DNA from: Setoptus koraiensis
Lineage: Eukaryota > Animalia > Arthropoda
Assembly (NCBI GenBank): GCA_048013815.1
Contig: CM106586.1
Coordinates: 5,828,001-5,892,000 of the forward strand
Length of the DNA stretch: 64,000 nt
Direction of reading: 5' to 3'
A program made the position numbers and the translations under genes. Positions within the stretch are counted from its first letter, which is position 1; every line of letters begins with the position of its first letter. Positions 45,566-57,884 of this stretch are shown here, piece by piece. The notes under the pieces were generated by a model, which ran no database searches, was not told the origin of the DNA, and worked only from the letters and a program-made list of their open reading frames with translations.

Positions 45566-47392
45566 ATGGCAGACTTAACTAAATTCTTTATTTTCAATAT
45601 TTCCAGGGGTCAAATAGAAGGCCATGAGCGTGACAAGATCCTCTACCACTGGAACAAGGATGCTCCAAATTGCAAGGCTGATCTTAAAACACAAATACAG
45701 GATATTTGCCTATGTGATGCCAGTATTAACTTTTGCAAACAATTTGATCCTTCAGGAACTCAGCAGCAGATGATGCTCTTCAACAATTCCAAATTGATCA
45801 TGATAGAAGTTGAAAAAGATCACTGGTTCGGTGCCTCAGTTACTAGAATGACAGCAAAGGAGTCGCCCTCCGTAGCCACCGCCGCCGTCCATTCAACCTC
45901 TGGCTCTACCAACACGTCACTGGCCTCGTCCTCAGCAACGTTACAACCATCTACTACCACGCAACAACATAAGCTGACCCAATCAGCTGAAACTAGAAGA
46001 TTTGACACCAACCAAAACACAGATCTTCCGCGTTCTGCTAGTGCCTCTAGTCTTTCAAACAATAACCAGCAAGCTGATTCGCTAAGCGGGACAATTGATG
46101 CTGTTTGCGATACTCCAAAAAACTACGATCCAGACAAGCTAATGAGCGATCAGCAAAACATTGTTTCGGATGATTCAATTGTACCTAATGGAATCGTAGA
46201 GCAACTGTTAACGAACATCTACAAAAGATTTTGTCTTTTGAATGGTGCATTCTGTATGCTCAATGATTCTGTCGGCTACAGAGACCACGAAGAGAGCTTT
46301 TCAACGGCCAATGAAGAACCATTGAAGAAATTGCGCACAATTTGTGCTAGATATTTTGACCAAATTATGCCCGCAATCAAGCTACATACAATGGTGGCCA
46401 ATATTAATCTATTATACATGCACATACAATATCTCAATTTAGACTGTATAAGTCTGATGAAAGTCAACAGTTTTGTTAGTCAGATACTTTGTCTCAACTC
46501 AAGTGTCTTAACTCACTCTATGGTTGTGTTTAATAATCAACTCATATGGTCTACGTTGACATTGGATGATACCAGAGTATTGTATCACTATCTCATATCA
46601 ACTGTTATACGCCAGGCGCTTGACGAGGAATTGTCTGGCGACATCGACAAAGTGAGAAGAATCAGAAATGAGCAGAGAATTTATTTGTCGAACAATTCTT
46701 TGCAAAACAAAAAATCAGAGTCTGCGATAAAACATGAAGAACCAAATAGAGCGAACGATCATTCGCCGCCACTGATCATGCATTATATGACTATATTTCG
46801 TTCGAGCAATGACATGACATTATGTCTCGTACATAACAAATCTGATGCAAACCTCATGGATAAATGTGAAAGATTCCTGTTAGGCGATCCTAGGATTGGT
46901 ATTATCCCATTGGCCTCACTGGCTCAAATGGTAGGACAAATTTTTGTCAAGATGAATACTCGTTCAGGTCAGGGCAGATCCTTGAGTAACTTTTCTAGCA
47001 GTAATCCAAGTAGTTTATTAAATGGAGGAAGAGGGCATATAAATCTAGTGGACGACAGAAAGTATGCCTTCTTAGACCATTCAAATGCTTCGTACAAGTC
47101 CCCAATCGGACTTGATCCCAGAAAAACCATGGATGGCGATTCTATAATAAAAAATTTGAAATTCTCAAAACACGTTTTAGAATTTGAGATGGACGCTGCA
47201 CTCTTGGAAGTATCTTGCGATTGTTTTATACAAGAGATTCTTGGACGGACAACAAGTGATAATTGGCTAACTGCATCGAGAACTAGATCAAGAAAATTAT
47301 ACTCGATGCATCACAATAGAAATGCCAGTCTAGTCGAGGCCTATCAGAGTGCCACACTCATGAGAAAGCAATTCAGTGATATTTTATTTTAA
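45566..47392 (+). CDS. CCZ1: Vacuolar fusion protein CCZ1 (Mon1-Ccz1 Rab7 GEF), intronless
   Basis: FFIFNISRGQIEGHERDKILYHW, IGLCDA-like ICLCDASINFCKQF, IEVEKDHWFG, YKRFCLLNG, HSMVVFNNQLIWSTL, EILGRTTSDNWLTASR, ASLVEA..ATLMRKQFSDILF. Confidence 0.88.
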   Translation: MADLTKFFIFNISRGQIEGHERDKILYHWNKDAPNCKADLKTQIQDICLCDASINFCKQFDPSGTQQQMMLFNNSKLIMIEVEKDHWFGASVTRMTAKESPSVATAAVHSTSGSTNTSLASSSATLQPSTTTQQHKLTQSAETRRFDTNQNTDLPRSASASSLSNNNQQADSLSGTIDAVCDTPKNYDPDKLMSDQQNIVSDDSIVPNGIVEQLLTNIYKRFCLLNGAFCMLNDSVGYRDHEESFSTANEEPLKKLRTICARYFDQIMPAIKLHTMVANINLLYMHIQYLNLDCISLMKVNSFVSQILCLNSSVLTHSMVVFNNQLIWSTLTLDDTRVLYHYLISTVIRQALDEELSGDIDKVRRIRNEQRIYLSNNSLQNKKSESAIKHEEPNRANDHSPPLIMHYMTIFRSSNDMTLCLVHNKSDANLMDKCERFLLGDPRIGIIPLASLAQMVGQIFVKMNTRSGQGRSLSNFSSSNPSSLLNGGRGHINLVDDRKYAFLDHSNASYKSPIGLDPRKTMDGDSIIKNLKFSKHVLEFEMDAALLEVSCDCFIQEILGRTTSDNWLTASRTRSRKLYSMHHNRNASLVEAYQSATLMRKQFSDILF

Positions 47393-50300
47393 TTTGTAGC
47401 TTTAGTTACAGGAATTTGGTCGAATGTGTAAACAACTTCCTCCGCATCTATACTTCCCTCTTCTTCCTCCTCTTCAACTTCTTGGTCCTCTTCGTCAATA
47501 CGATCACAAAAATCCCGCTTAAATATGGAAAAAGACGAGTTGTCATCGGCCAAAGGCGTTTCTGCAATGATAACGATGAGGATCGAAATGAGGGAAAATA
47601 TAAAATCAGATAACGTTTGGACACATTACATGTATAGATCACCCAGATTGTGTGTTGATCAATGTTAGAAAAAATGGTGCTACTTACGAGGCAAGGACCT
47701 CTGGTGAGGGTAGTACAAATAGGCACAAATGATTAGATAGAGATTATTTGAGGAATGGTAACTAAGATGTGCTCCAGCCGATGAGATCTTGTAATTAATT
47801 GGGACGAAACGCAGTAACGGCGGATATTGAGGCCAGGCGCCCGATGCTATCACTTCTTCATCATTCAAATCCCAGCATTGGTTTAACCAAATTATTGAAC
47901 CATATACAAATAAGGTGAATGCGCAAAAGAAAGTTTGTATTTTCAGTCTCATATCCATGAAGGACATGGACCTCAGTTCGGCCATGGCCAACGATAATAG
48001 GTAAAACAGATAGCTCAAATAAAGGACGACTAACAAAAAGAAGAGTCCATTGGCAAGCTATATACGGGAGCCGTCACGTTACATAGAGTTTATAAATAAA
48101 GGTGGTTTTGTGTTCCAGAGTGTCACCATGTATAATTATAAAATGATTTGAAAGAAAAAAGCAGTGGTTTTGTTATTGATTCGAGTATTTAAGTTCGCAA
48201 GTATCTGAAACTGTTTGTTACAGTGCCTAATGAATGTTGTGTTGAAAAGTATAGAGTAGTAATATCATCTCGCAGAACATTGGTCTCTTTTCATTCATGA
48301 AAGTTATTACTATTATCGGACAGGTGATGCCCGTTCACATAAGCACACATAAACAACTATAGACCGAATGTGTGGAAAAGGAAGTAAATATTTATCTTGT
48401 GTCTAGAATTAATTTAGACTGAAAGTTGTTCACCGATGACTAGAGACTGCACCAGTCACTCACCTGCAATGGCCTAGATTCGTAGTACAGTTGCGCGGAG
48501 TCGCTGTTTGGCTCTACCGATTGCTTGTAAATTGACCATATGGAACCATATAGTATTATTGACCATAATAAACAAACAAGCGATACTTTTGGCAAATAGA
48601 ATGTGATAATATCACGATTTGTCTGGCGAATGCCATGAAAGAAGCACAACCAATATAGCGCCAGCGATGCCGAAAAAATTCCATCGAACACATAGTCGAG
48701 AATTTTGGGCGCCAAAGAATCGGAGATGAGTCTCATGGGGAATAGTGGATCTAACGAAAGAAAGGTGATTGGTCAATTGGTTCAAGTTGTTGTTAGTTAG
48801 ATAGTTATTTGGGTCAAGTGATCTAGATCTAGATAGTTTGTTGTGTGAGCTGGTGAAATTTGCAACTTACTGTCACTAACTATAAGCATCATGAGCAACA
48901 GAGTTGTCCAGCGTTGTTCGAGTGACCAATCGCGAAAGGGATATTTGTATAAGCTATTGACAAAGAGATAAGTAGTGACCACGGAGAATAGCAATAGTAT
49001 AAATCTAAACCAGATTATCATGATGGTAAAGGAAGTGTTGATACTTTGCAACGTAAATGTTATCTCTTCCAAATGAACACTCTGTTGTTGGCTGATTGTT
49101 AAAAATCTCTCTATTGTTTCATTATTGAATTGTATGTTGAACTTGTAATTGGCATACTGTAATCCTGTCAAGTGTACTATCTCAAATGGACGACAGTCTA
49201 TTGTTGATTCTTCTGTATTACTGCTCGACACAATGTTGGTACAGGAGAGCTGCTTTAATAGAGAATTATTTTTAGATGTGGCTGCCGGATATTGCTGTTG
49301 TTGGTCGGCCTCTCTGTTGGATGTTGACTGCTTAATTTGGCTCGAGTTGTTTGCAGTTTGTTTTATTCTTTCATCTTGCAACTTTTTGTTTGACACTAAA
49401 GAAATATCAAGGTTGTTCACGGAATCAATTGAGCTCATTTGTGACGACGATTGGTCAGTATTATCAAATATCTCGACATTTAGATATAGGCTCAATGGTA
49501 AGTTGATTAGAAAATTGTCGTTGTTGTTGCTGTTTTCATTTTGAAATTCAATCCGATCCATGTTGTTCGATGATTTTAGCTTGTCGTTGGCCAGCTCTTC
49601 GTTGTTCTTTGCTACTCGCACGAGATGTTCACTATAGTTAGAGTCACCTGCTAAAAGTTGCTGTTGGACTGATGCGACTGCTTGGACTGCACTAGATTTA
49701 AATCGTTTTCTGGAATAAAACACCGGCCTGCCAGTGCCCAAAAGATCCCACAGACCATAGTCGTCGTCGTCGGCAGCCAGCTCAAAGGGCGATTTTAGAC
49801 TTGTTCCATTGACTAGATGGAATTTCATCCACAGATTCAATTGTTGACAATACGACGACACCAATGGCGTTATAATGATGTACTTTTCACTAAGCAATTG
49901 TCTTGCATTTATCAGCGTCACTTGGGCCCCATTTTGATCCGGTGCATACTGAACGGTCGACTGTTGTTGTTGTTGTTGTTGCTGCTGTTGTTGCTGCTGC
50001 TGTTGCTGTTGTTGTAGCATTTGTGTTGCTCTCACCGAGTCCAGTCTGACCGAATTCGGGCCGGCCAAACCGATGAAGAGACACAGGACAAAGAGGCTGA
50101 CAAAAGTGACCAAAGTGAGCAGAATCTCACTCTTTTGCATCACATACATGTGCATATGAAGCGATCTGGGCGACAAGCAACGATGATTGTTTGTTATTCT
50201 CCTGACTATTTCGATTAGTTAATGCGACAGTTTTAATTAATAATTCAAATGAATCATGCTACTCACCTTTCGCATCTGTCGTGATGATAAGCGGGCGCTA

Positions 50301-50409
50301 GATACTTTGAGCAACAGTTCTTGAACAAGCCATTGATTTTGTATTTAAAGGAATAAATGCGTTTCATTAGCGTTGCCATCATTATTGTCTCGTTAGTTGT
50401 GGTGGACAT
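47389..50409 (-). CDS. TMEM181: TMEM181 multi-pass membrane protein; exons 50267-50409, 48871-50201, 48464-48750, ~47657-48052, 47389-~47541
   Basis: KYLAPAYHHDRCER, IWFRF, RDWSLEQRWTTLLL..DNPLFP, LYWLCFFHGIRQ..TFYLPK, AELRSMSFMDMRLK, LADDNSSFSIF. Splice phases are consistent; start codon is tentative. Confidence 0.9.
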
Positions 50410-52511
50410 TGGTGGTGAGTTGCTGTTCGCTTCTAGCTACTGGTTTGTGTTGATTTATAATATATTAACATAGGAATAGTGCTGAGTGTTGTATATTGAG
50501 TGTTGTAAATGAATTGTATATTGTTGAATTGTCAGTCGCTTCTGTTGATCTATTATCTTGTTATTCTTATCAATGGATTGCAAAACGAGCCCATGAGCAG
50601 ATGAGGCGGACTACATGATGACGATGATGACGTTTGTGGGTATGCAAAAAAGAGAAGTGAAAAATGAATCTTATCGCGGTCGGTTATTGTTGTCTGATGT
50701 GTTTATCGTGTGCTGTTGGGCAATTGTGCCATTGACGTTACGGCGCTTCGAAATGGATGAATATGGACATGAGAATTGGCAAAAATTGATTTGTTTGTGT
50801 GTTTGGTTCATTTGTTTCAGCTGGGCGCGGATAAGAGTCTAGTGAGAACTGGAAAGAATTGGAAAGGTTGCGTAATGCGTACAAATATTTGTATGTTTGT
50901 TCAATGGCGTTGCGCGTGTCGCAATTGTGTGTCGACGTGCTCAATGGCACGTTTCGCGATGGCTCCAGTCTAACATTTGCGATTGCAAGTGAGGAAGTGA
51001 GTGAGCCGGCGAGCTGTATTAGTGGCGCCGGTGGTAATATGTTATAATGGGTACTCCTCTATCGCTATTGTTGTTAGCGGTCTCGTTTATTTATTCCAGG
51101 TGAATAAATTTCTATCGGTGTGTGCGTGTATGTGTGCGCGTGCAACAAACACACACACGCACGCACACTCACACTGGCTGTTTAGTAGTGTAGTAGTGTA
51201 GTGTAGGCTGGTGTAGGCAGTGCCTATAGTGACTACTTATTTTTTCATTACATAACATCCATTGGGACCTAGTCGTCTTGGCACGCTGTGCACATGCGCG
51301 TGCGCCTAACATTTTCTGTTATGTAATGTGGGGGTTATGTAATGATTTGTATGGGATTTGTTGTTACTATATTTGTTGCTATTATTAGGTAACAGTGAAT
51401 GCAGTTTTGCATACGACACGACACGACACGACACAGTCAGTAGGTCAATGAGTCGGCCTGGCAGCTCTGAAAGGGCAATTAAATAGCAATTGTTGTGGCG
51501 GCAGCGGGCAATAAACGGCGACATTGAATTGTTCATCGGTTATTAGAGCAGCCGGTGGCCAATTGAGGCGCTCAGGTGAGTCACACAATGTCACGAACAG
51601 CCAATTTGACTTTGTTGGCCGGCCGACTGTCGGAATTTGCAAGCATTTGTGCATGTCTCCCACAACTTGGCAGTCACAACTTGGGAGTCACAGTTGTGCG
51701 GCACGGAATGCGTATTACGCAACAACACTCAAGATGTTGCCACTAAAGGTCAACAACAGCCACGACAACGGCGACATCTGTGACAGTAACAGCAACAACG
51801 ACAACGGCAACCAGCGACCGCGAGCCAGAAATACATTCGCGTGCTGCATATGCCGCCACTTGATAACCCGCAGCCGGCGAGCCGCGGGCTGATAATGATG
51901 ATAATAGCCGCGCTGAAAACAGCCGAGCCTGTCCAGCGTTGCGCAACTTTGCCCGACCGCCCGACGTCTGGCCGTGTCCGGCCAAGTTGGCCGGTTTCGG
52001 GTGACTCGGGCCGTTGGCGTGCCCTTGCGGGTGCCGCTGTCGTTGCCGTTGTGGGTGTCGTTGTCGGTGTCGCCGTTGTTGCCACCGGTGCCGCTGATGC
52101 CGGCGGGCTAAATCGGTCTAGCCCGTGCGTGAAGCTGCGTGTGTTTTATATATAACGTGTACCTATATATTTATTGGGCCGCCTAAATCTCTCCTTGACC
52201 TTTATCTGTTTGGGCGCGCTGTTGTGCCGCTGTCACTTGTAAGTTGCAAAACAACAAAAACAAATGTTTGTTTGTTTGAAATATCTCGCCAGGGTGATGC
52301 GAGTGTCGGCTGTGCGGCTACACGGCGCAATGTTGTTGGCGCACTTGTAATTCGTTATGTAAGCCAACATACATATACACGTATAATACTAATGCTAATA
52401 GCACACATGCTGGGGCCATCTTAACTTGATTAAATTTGAAGGTTGTGCACTGGCTGGCCTATTTTATTGGCCGTCGTGGCTCACGCAGAATGGGCCTACG
52501 CACCGCCGGCA

Positions 52512-52601
52512 AGAAGCGTTCGCCGGGGAGAAGCGTTCGCCGGGGAGAAGCGTTCGCCGGGGAGAAGCGTTCGCCGACAAGAAGCGTTCGCCAAGGAGAA
52601 G
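52512..52601. repeat. Minisatellite, 17-bp unit agaagcgttcgccgggg x5
   Basis: Tandem units start at 52512, 52529, 52546, 52563 and 52580. Confidence 0.9.
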
Positions 52602-53117
52602 AAACGAACACGGCTGGCTTTGTGGTGCACGTTGCGATGTTTTAATATATGTATGGTCGAGTGGGCCCGCTCTGGCGGACTCATTAGCCCGTATTTCTCT
52701 CCCTCTCCCTCAAGCTCACACTCCCTCGAACTTGTTCTGGGCTGTCACTCGCGCAACGCCACACCAACGCTGCTGCACCAGACTACGGGTCGCGTCGGGC
52801 CCCCGAGCTCGGCCAACCTGTTTAGTCTAATTTCTCGGCTGGCGCCCGCTTATTCGGTTTGCCCAATTACCCGCCGCTCATGCCTAATCGGCTTGTCGTG
52901 TCCCGTTGTGCGGCCGGCGCCCAGTCGACAGACCCGACCGCCTCAACTCGCGCAGCTGTCGGCATTAGCTGGTGCCCGCTCGTGGGCGTCAGCCATCCGA
53001 TTCAGCCATTCAAATCACACACACACACACCTCGGGTTGCCGCGTGCAGGGCTCATTTTCACCGCTGCTCACTCCATTCTGTTGTTGTTTGTACTCTGTC
53101 ACTTGTCGCGACTTGCT

Positions 53118-53203
53118 GCTGGTCAGTTGGCCGCCGATGCGACTGGCCGCTGGTCAGTTGGCCGGCGACTGGCCGCTGGTCAGTTGGCCGGCGACAATCG
53201 GCC
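53118..53203. repeat. Minisatellite, ~26-bp unit gctggtcagttggccggcgactggcc x3
   Basis: Units start at 53118, 53149 and 53175. Confidence 0.85.
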
Positions 53204-53536
53204 GCAGTGGACAATCTGTTATCGTGCGCTTGTTTGGTCGGGCCCGGCTCGTCTTGATAGATTGATTTAGAGTCGCGCACTTGAGTGCCACTCCGGCGCG
53301 GTCAGCTCGTGCTCGCTCGCTCACACACTCGCGCCGATCTCTGAATAAATTTGTATAATTCAAGGGGCCAGCAGATGCGAATTTGATTGAGCCTAATCAA
53401 ATTCGCCATTCATCTGTTCGCCTGGGCCAGACAAGGGCAGCGTCTGTTTGGTTCGTTAGTGGACAACAATCGTCTGCACTCTCGCGCTAATTTGGCTTGA
53501 CCCGGCGCTCAATCATGCGGCCGGCCAACGAGCCGA

Positions 53537-53629
53537 CGGGCCGACCAGCGCCGAGCGACGGGCCGACCAGCACCGAGTGGCGGGCCGACCAGCACCGAGT
53601 GGCGGGCCGACCAGCACCGAGTGGCGGGC
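53537..53629. repeat. Minisatellite, 22-bp unit cgggccgaccagcaccgagtgg x4
   Basis: Units start at 53537, 53559, 53581 and 53603. Confidence 0.9.
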
Positions 53630-53975
53630 TGAGTAAGGGGCCAAGTAGCGGGCCAGCTGCTGTTATTGGCAACAAGCCGCAACAACAGACGGCCAGTTGA
53701 TTTGGCGGCCGGCCCGAGCAGCGCCGCTACCCGATGAGCTATTACCTGGCGAACAAGCATGATGATGCAATAACTAATAGGTGGCGACGCACATTCAAAG
53801 TAGCCCAAAGTAGCGCTGCCACCGGACTAATATACAGATATAACAGTTATATATATCGGCTTTTTGTGTCACTGTTGTTATCACTTGCAGTTGTGCAATA
53901 ATAATGTAACACACACACACACACACACACACACGGGCTATCAACATGAGTGGTAATTGTATTGTCGTGATAATC

Positions 53976-54006
<31 letters not shown>

Positions 54007-54201
54007 CCGATCCACATAAACAGCCAAACAAAACAACAAAAAACGGTTGTTCGTGCGGACCTGGGGATGAGCTCGCCCGCGAGACTGGCGCCGATTAAGC
54101 CAGCCCATTGATAGAAACCGGGCCCCTGAGCTGCATTAGCGAGAATAGCCCCAAATGGGGTTATTGTGCACTGCGACCCACTAAACGGGCATTGCAGTGC
54201 C

Positions 54202-54203
54202 GT

Positions 54204-54265
<62 letters not shown>

Positions 54266-54288
54266 CTGTTGTTGCCGCTGTTGCTGTT
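54202..54288. repeat. Compound (GTT)/(GCT) microsatellite
   Basis: Continuous gttgttgttgct-type triplet array; produces spurious poly-C and poly-L ORFs. Confidence 0.95.
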
Positions 54289-56848
54289 GGAGTGGCGAGC
54301 CGTGTTGTTGCAAACTAGTGCAAATAATGCAACTACTTGCAGCGCCTCAACAACCAAACAAATAACATATCGTCGTCTCATCTATTTGTGCACAGTTTGT
54401 TGTTACGCCATTAATGCGCCACCATGGCGATTGTTGTTATTATTGTTGTTGTTTGTGCCCCCTCTCTGTGCGCCTCTCGTTTACACACACGTAGAAAAGT
54501 TGCCACTTGGGGCCCCCAAAAGGATGATCGGATTAGAGGGAGCCACTGGCAGCCAGTCACAACCGAGCAACGTGTTTGGCTAGTCATGTGGGCGCCAATG
54601 TTTATCACTCAAGGCTAGCTTGCCAACTGACAGCATAACATGACGCCAAACAAATGAGATGAAGCGAACCTGGCGGCCAGAGTCTGCAATCATTTAATTA
54701 GTGGCGATAATAGTTGCAAATGCAATAGTGTCTCACTCTCAATAGTTCAGACTCTCAAGGGCTCTGGCCAACGTGTTTGTGTGAGGCTGGCTGGCTGGTC
54801 ATCAACGGACACACGGACAGTTTTATCCGTATGCTGGCGTTTAGTCGGCAAACAATAGTCGCCATACACGACGGTACATATATGGTTATATATAGCCACA
54901 TACATACTATAGCTCGGTGGCGATATATGGCGATTTGCGGTCAAATTTAGTCAAATTTATTGGCGCCAATGGACGGGAGGGGCCGGCACAGTTACAAGCA
55001 CAATCGCTTATATGTGGCCATGTATCACCTGCTTATTTGGTTCTAACAAGCAGTAAATAGTAAGTAGTCTATTTTGGACCGGATCCGGCCCGTTGTTTCG
55101 GGTGCTCTTGACCGGATTTAACTGTCCGGCCGTCCAACTGACCAACCGCCCAACCGCCCAACCGCCCAACTGACCAACTGACCAAGCGGCTGTTTAACTG
55201 TGACTGGCCGACTGTTTAACAGACTGACCATTTGATTGGTCAACTGGCAAGTTGCAACTTATTACAGCCGGCTGCACGGCAATCATCGATGGCCCTGATT
55301 GAGCGCCGGCCGGGCCGACGCAGCCATGCTAATGGCGCTTATGTAATAGTAGTTCAGCTAATAACATGGTGTTTGCTTGATTACATAAGCAACTGTTACA
55401 ATAACGCCGCTCTAACAGATTGCGCAGGCAGCGCCGGTGCCGGCAAGCGAGTTGCCCAGCCAGTGTGAGCAAGACAACTTAGCCATAATGAGATGCGCTG
55501 CCGCTGCTCACTTTGGCATTAGCGAGTTGGCATTGAAATGGCCACTTTCACCTGGCCACTGGCCACTAAAAGTGGGCCCCACAAACACGTCCCGCGCGTG
55601 CACAGGTACACACAGGTATGCACGGGTCATTACTGTATGCCGAGGTATGCCGCGGTGCTGTATGTGTGGTATTGCTGTATATGGTGGTATGGGCTGGTAT
55701 TCAAACGCTGCAAGGACGACTGGCGGCCGTAAATAGACTTTTTTCACAATGTGATGGGCGCACCTAATGACACCCACACGATGTTTGATTGGGCACGTTA
55801 CATTGTGCGGTGCGCCGTGAGCGCAATATCCGACGCCGAGCGACTTCTTCGGGCTTCGGAGAAGGCGAGTCGCCGATAAGAGGCAATTCGCTGATTTGTG
55901 CGCGATTCGCTGATTTGGGTGCCAATTGCGACCGGCTCACTGGCTGGCTGAACGGCTGGCGGCGGATCGGCTGAGCGGCTGAGCGGCTGAATGGCTGGCC
56001 CCCGACTGGCTGGCCATTCAGCCAGACGCACTGGCAGCTGCGATTATTTAGTGTGAGTGGCTGCGAGTTCAAATTATTTATATATGTTTACCGGCGCAAA
56101 TTATGTGCCCTTTATCCGTCTGTCTGGCCCCTCGTGGCCACCGCAACCGGCCAGCCCGACCGTGCAAATCTCTCGCTGTTTGCAGCATGGCCAGGCGCAC
56201 GGCTTAGCGTGAAAGGTTTGCCGAGATTTACTCGCCATTATCGACTAAATCTGTCGAGTCCGCCCGCTCTGTTGAGCCGCCGGCCCCAACATGAGAGAGT
56301 CTTAGCAGCCGCAGGGAGCGCAGCCAGTCAGCCAAGCAGAAATTGGCGAGCTCAATTGTGCTGTCGTAATCTCTTTGGCTGGCAGCGCTTTGCTTGGCGC
56401 AAACACACGCCAACCAAATTACCTGGCGCGCGGATGGGCCCGTCGCGAGCCCCATTCGGGCCTCAGTCGAGCCGCGTTCGGGCCTCAGTGGAGCCGCGTT
56501 CGAGCCGCACATTGGGCTCTCCAGTCTCGAGAGCTCAATATGCGCCGGCGGCCCCACTTGCCGGAATATCGCCAGCAGCGGCAGTGCCGGCATCAGCGAC
56601 AGCAACGGCACCAGCGACCGCCACGGCGCCACCGACATCTCCAAAAGCAATATAGCGCGGGCTGGCCGCCAACAGCTGATGCTTGGCGTGGGCGGCCGCC
56701 AAGAGTCGGCCATTGTCGGATTGCGCGGCGGATTGTGTCGCGGCCCGTGAGAGCAACCCTGAAATAAGCGCCGGTGGCTTTTCTGCTCGCTTCGATTTTT
56801 GCTCGTGCAAGCGCATTTTGGGCACCAGTCACGCTGGGGGCCCGGCGC

Positions 56849-56893
56849 ACTCAAACTGAACTCAAACTGAACTCAAACTGAACTCAATCTGAA
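56849..56893. repeat. 11-bp tandem repeat actcaaactga
   Basis: Three perfect copies plus degenerate copies. Confidence 0.85.
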
Positions 56894-57843
56894 CGACGCA
56901 AACTGAGCGACTCAAAACTGAATGGATTATCGCTGTTGTGCCAGCGCTAGCTTAGTTGTGTTACAAAATAATAACAAGCAATAACCATCGACGAGCCACA
57001 ATAGTCTGGCATGGTTATAGCAGCCAAAACCTAGATAATAAAGAAATTCTGGCAAGCGAGCGCTCAGATTGATAGAGTTGTAGTATTGTAGTGGCGCTGC
57101 CACAATGGCACATCCTCCAATGGCCAAAAGAATAACATAACGTATTAATAGAGAAAGAAGTGACTGGCATACTCATGAGCGGCGCCATGACGAGCAATCA
57201 TGTGACATCTTTGGGGCCCCTGTGTTGGCCCAATGCCGTCACTGCCATTCATCGTGTGAGCGTGATGCTGCCTACCTGGCCAGTTATTTATCATTTGTGT
57301 CGAGCCCAGCCAAAGCGTTTACGCACCGACCAGACCATTGTTGTCGCTGCTTCTGTCAGACGAGCCGTTACATTTTCGCTCCAAAGTGAAAGTGAAAGTG
57401 AATGCGAAAACGAAAACGAAAATGAAATTTCTCTCAAATGAGGTGAAAAGGGCCAACTGGCAACTCTTTTCTATAAATTTATTTCTCTCCCTTTGCCCCC
57501 ATGTCATGTCTGTGTGTACGTCTGAATTAAACCTATCTGCATTGATATACCTCTGTTTGATATCGCTCTCGCATCGCGCACACTATTTTTGTAAACAGAT
57601 ATTTTGTGAGGATAAATTCCCTTGAATTGGCCAGCCAGAATTGCAAAGGTTGCCGGCGCTTGTAACGGCTGATACTATTATGCAACAACACGCCGATATT
57701 AGTATGCCGCTGCCATACTGCAGATAATGGCCGTTGTGCTGGCAATCGTGCCATACTGCGGGCCCCATCGAGGGCACAGATATTTGAATTGATATTTGCA
57801 CCAGCAGCAGCAGCAGCATCTGTCTATATATTTGTCTATGAGG

Positions 57844-57884
57844 CTCATAGTACGCATAGTGAGCTCATAGTGAGCTCATAGTGA
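57844..57884. repeat. 11-bp tandem repeat ctcatagtgag
   Basis: Two perfect and one or two degenerate copies. Confidence 0.75.

Noticed and set aside
52512-53629. CRISPR-like arrays
   Set aside because: Units are head-to-tail with no unique spacers, and the context is eukaryotic with no cas genes.
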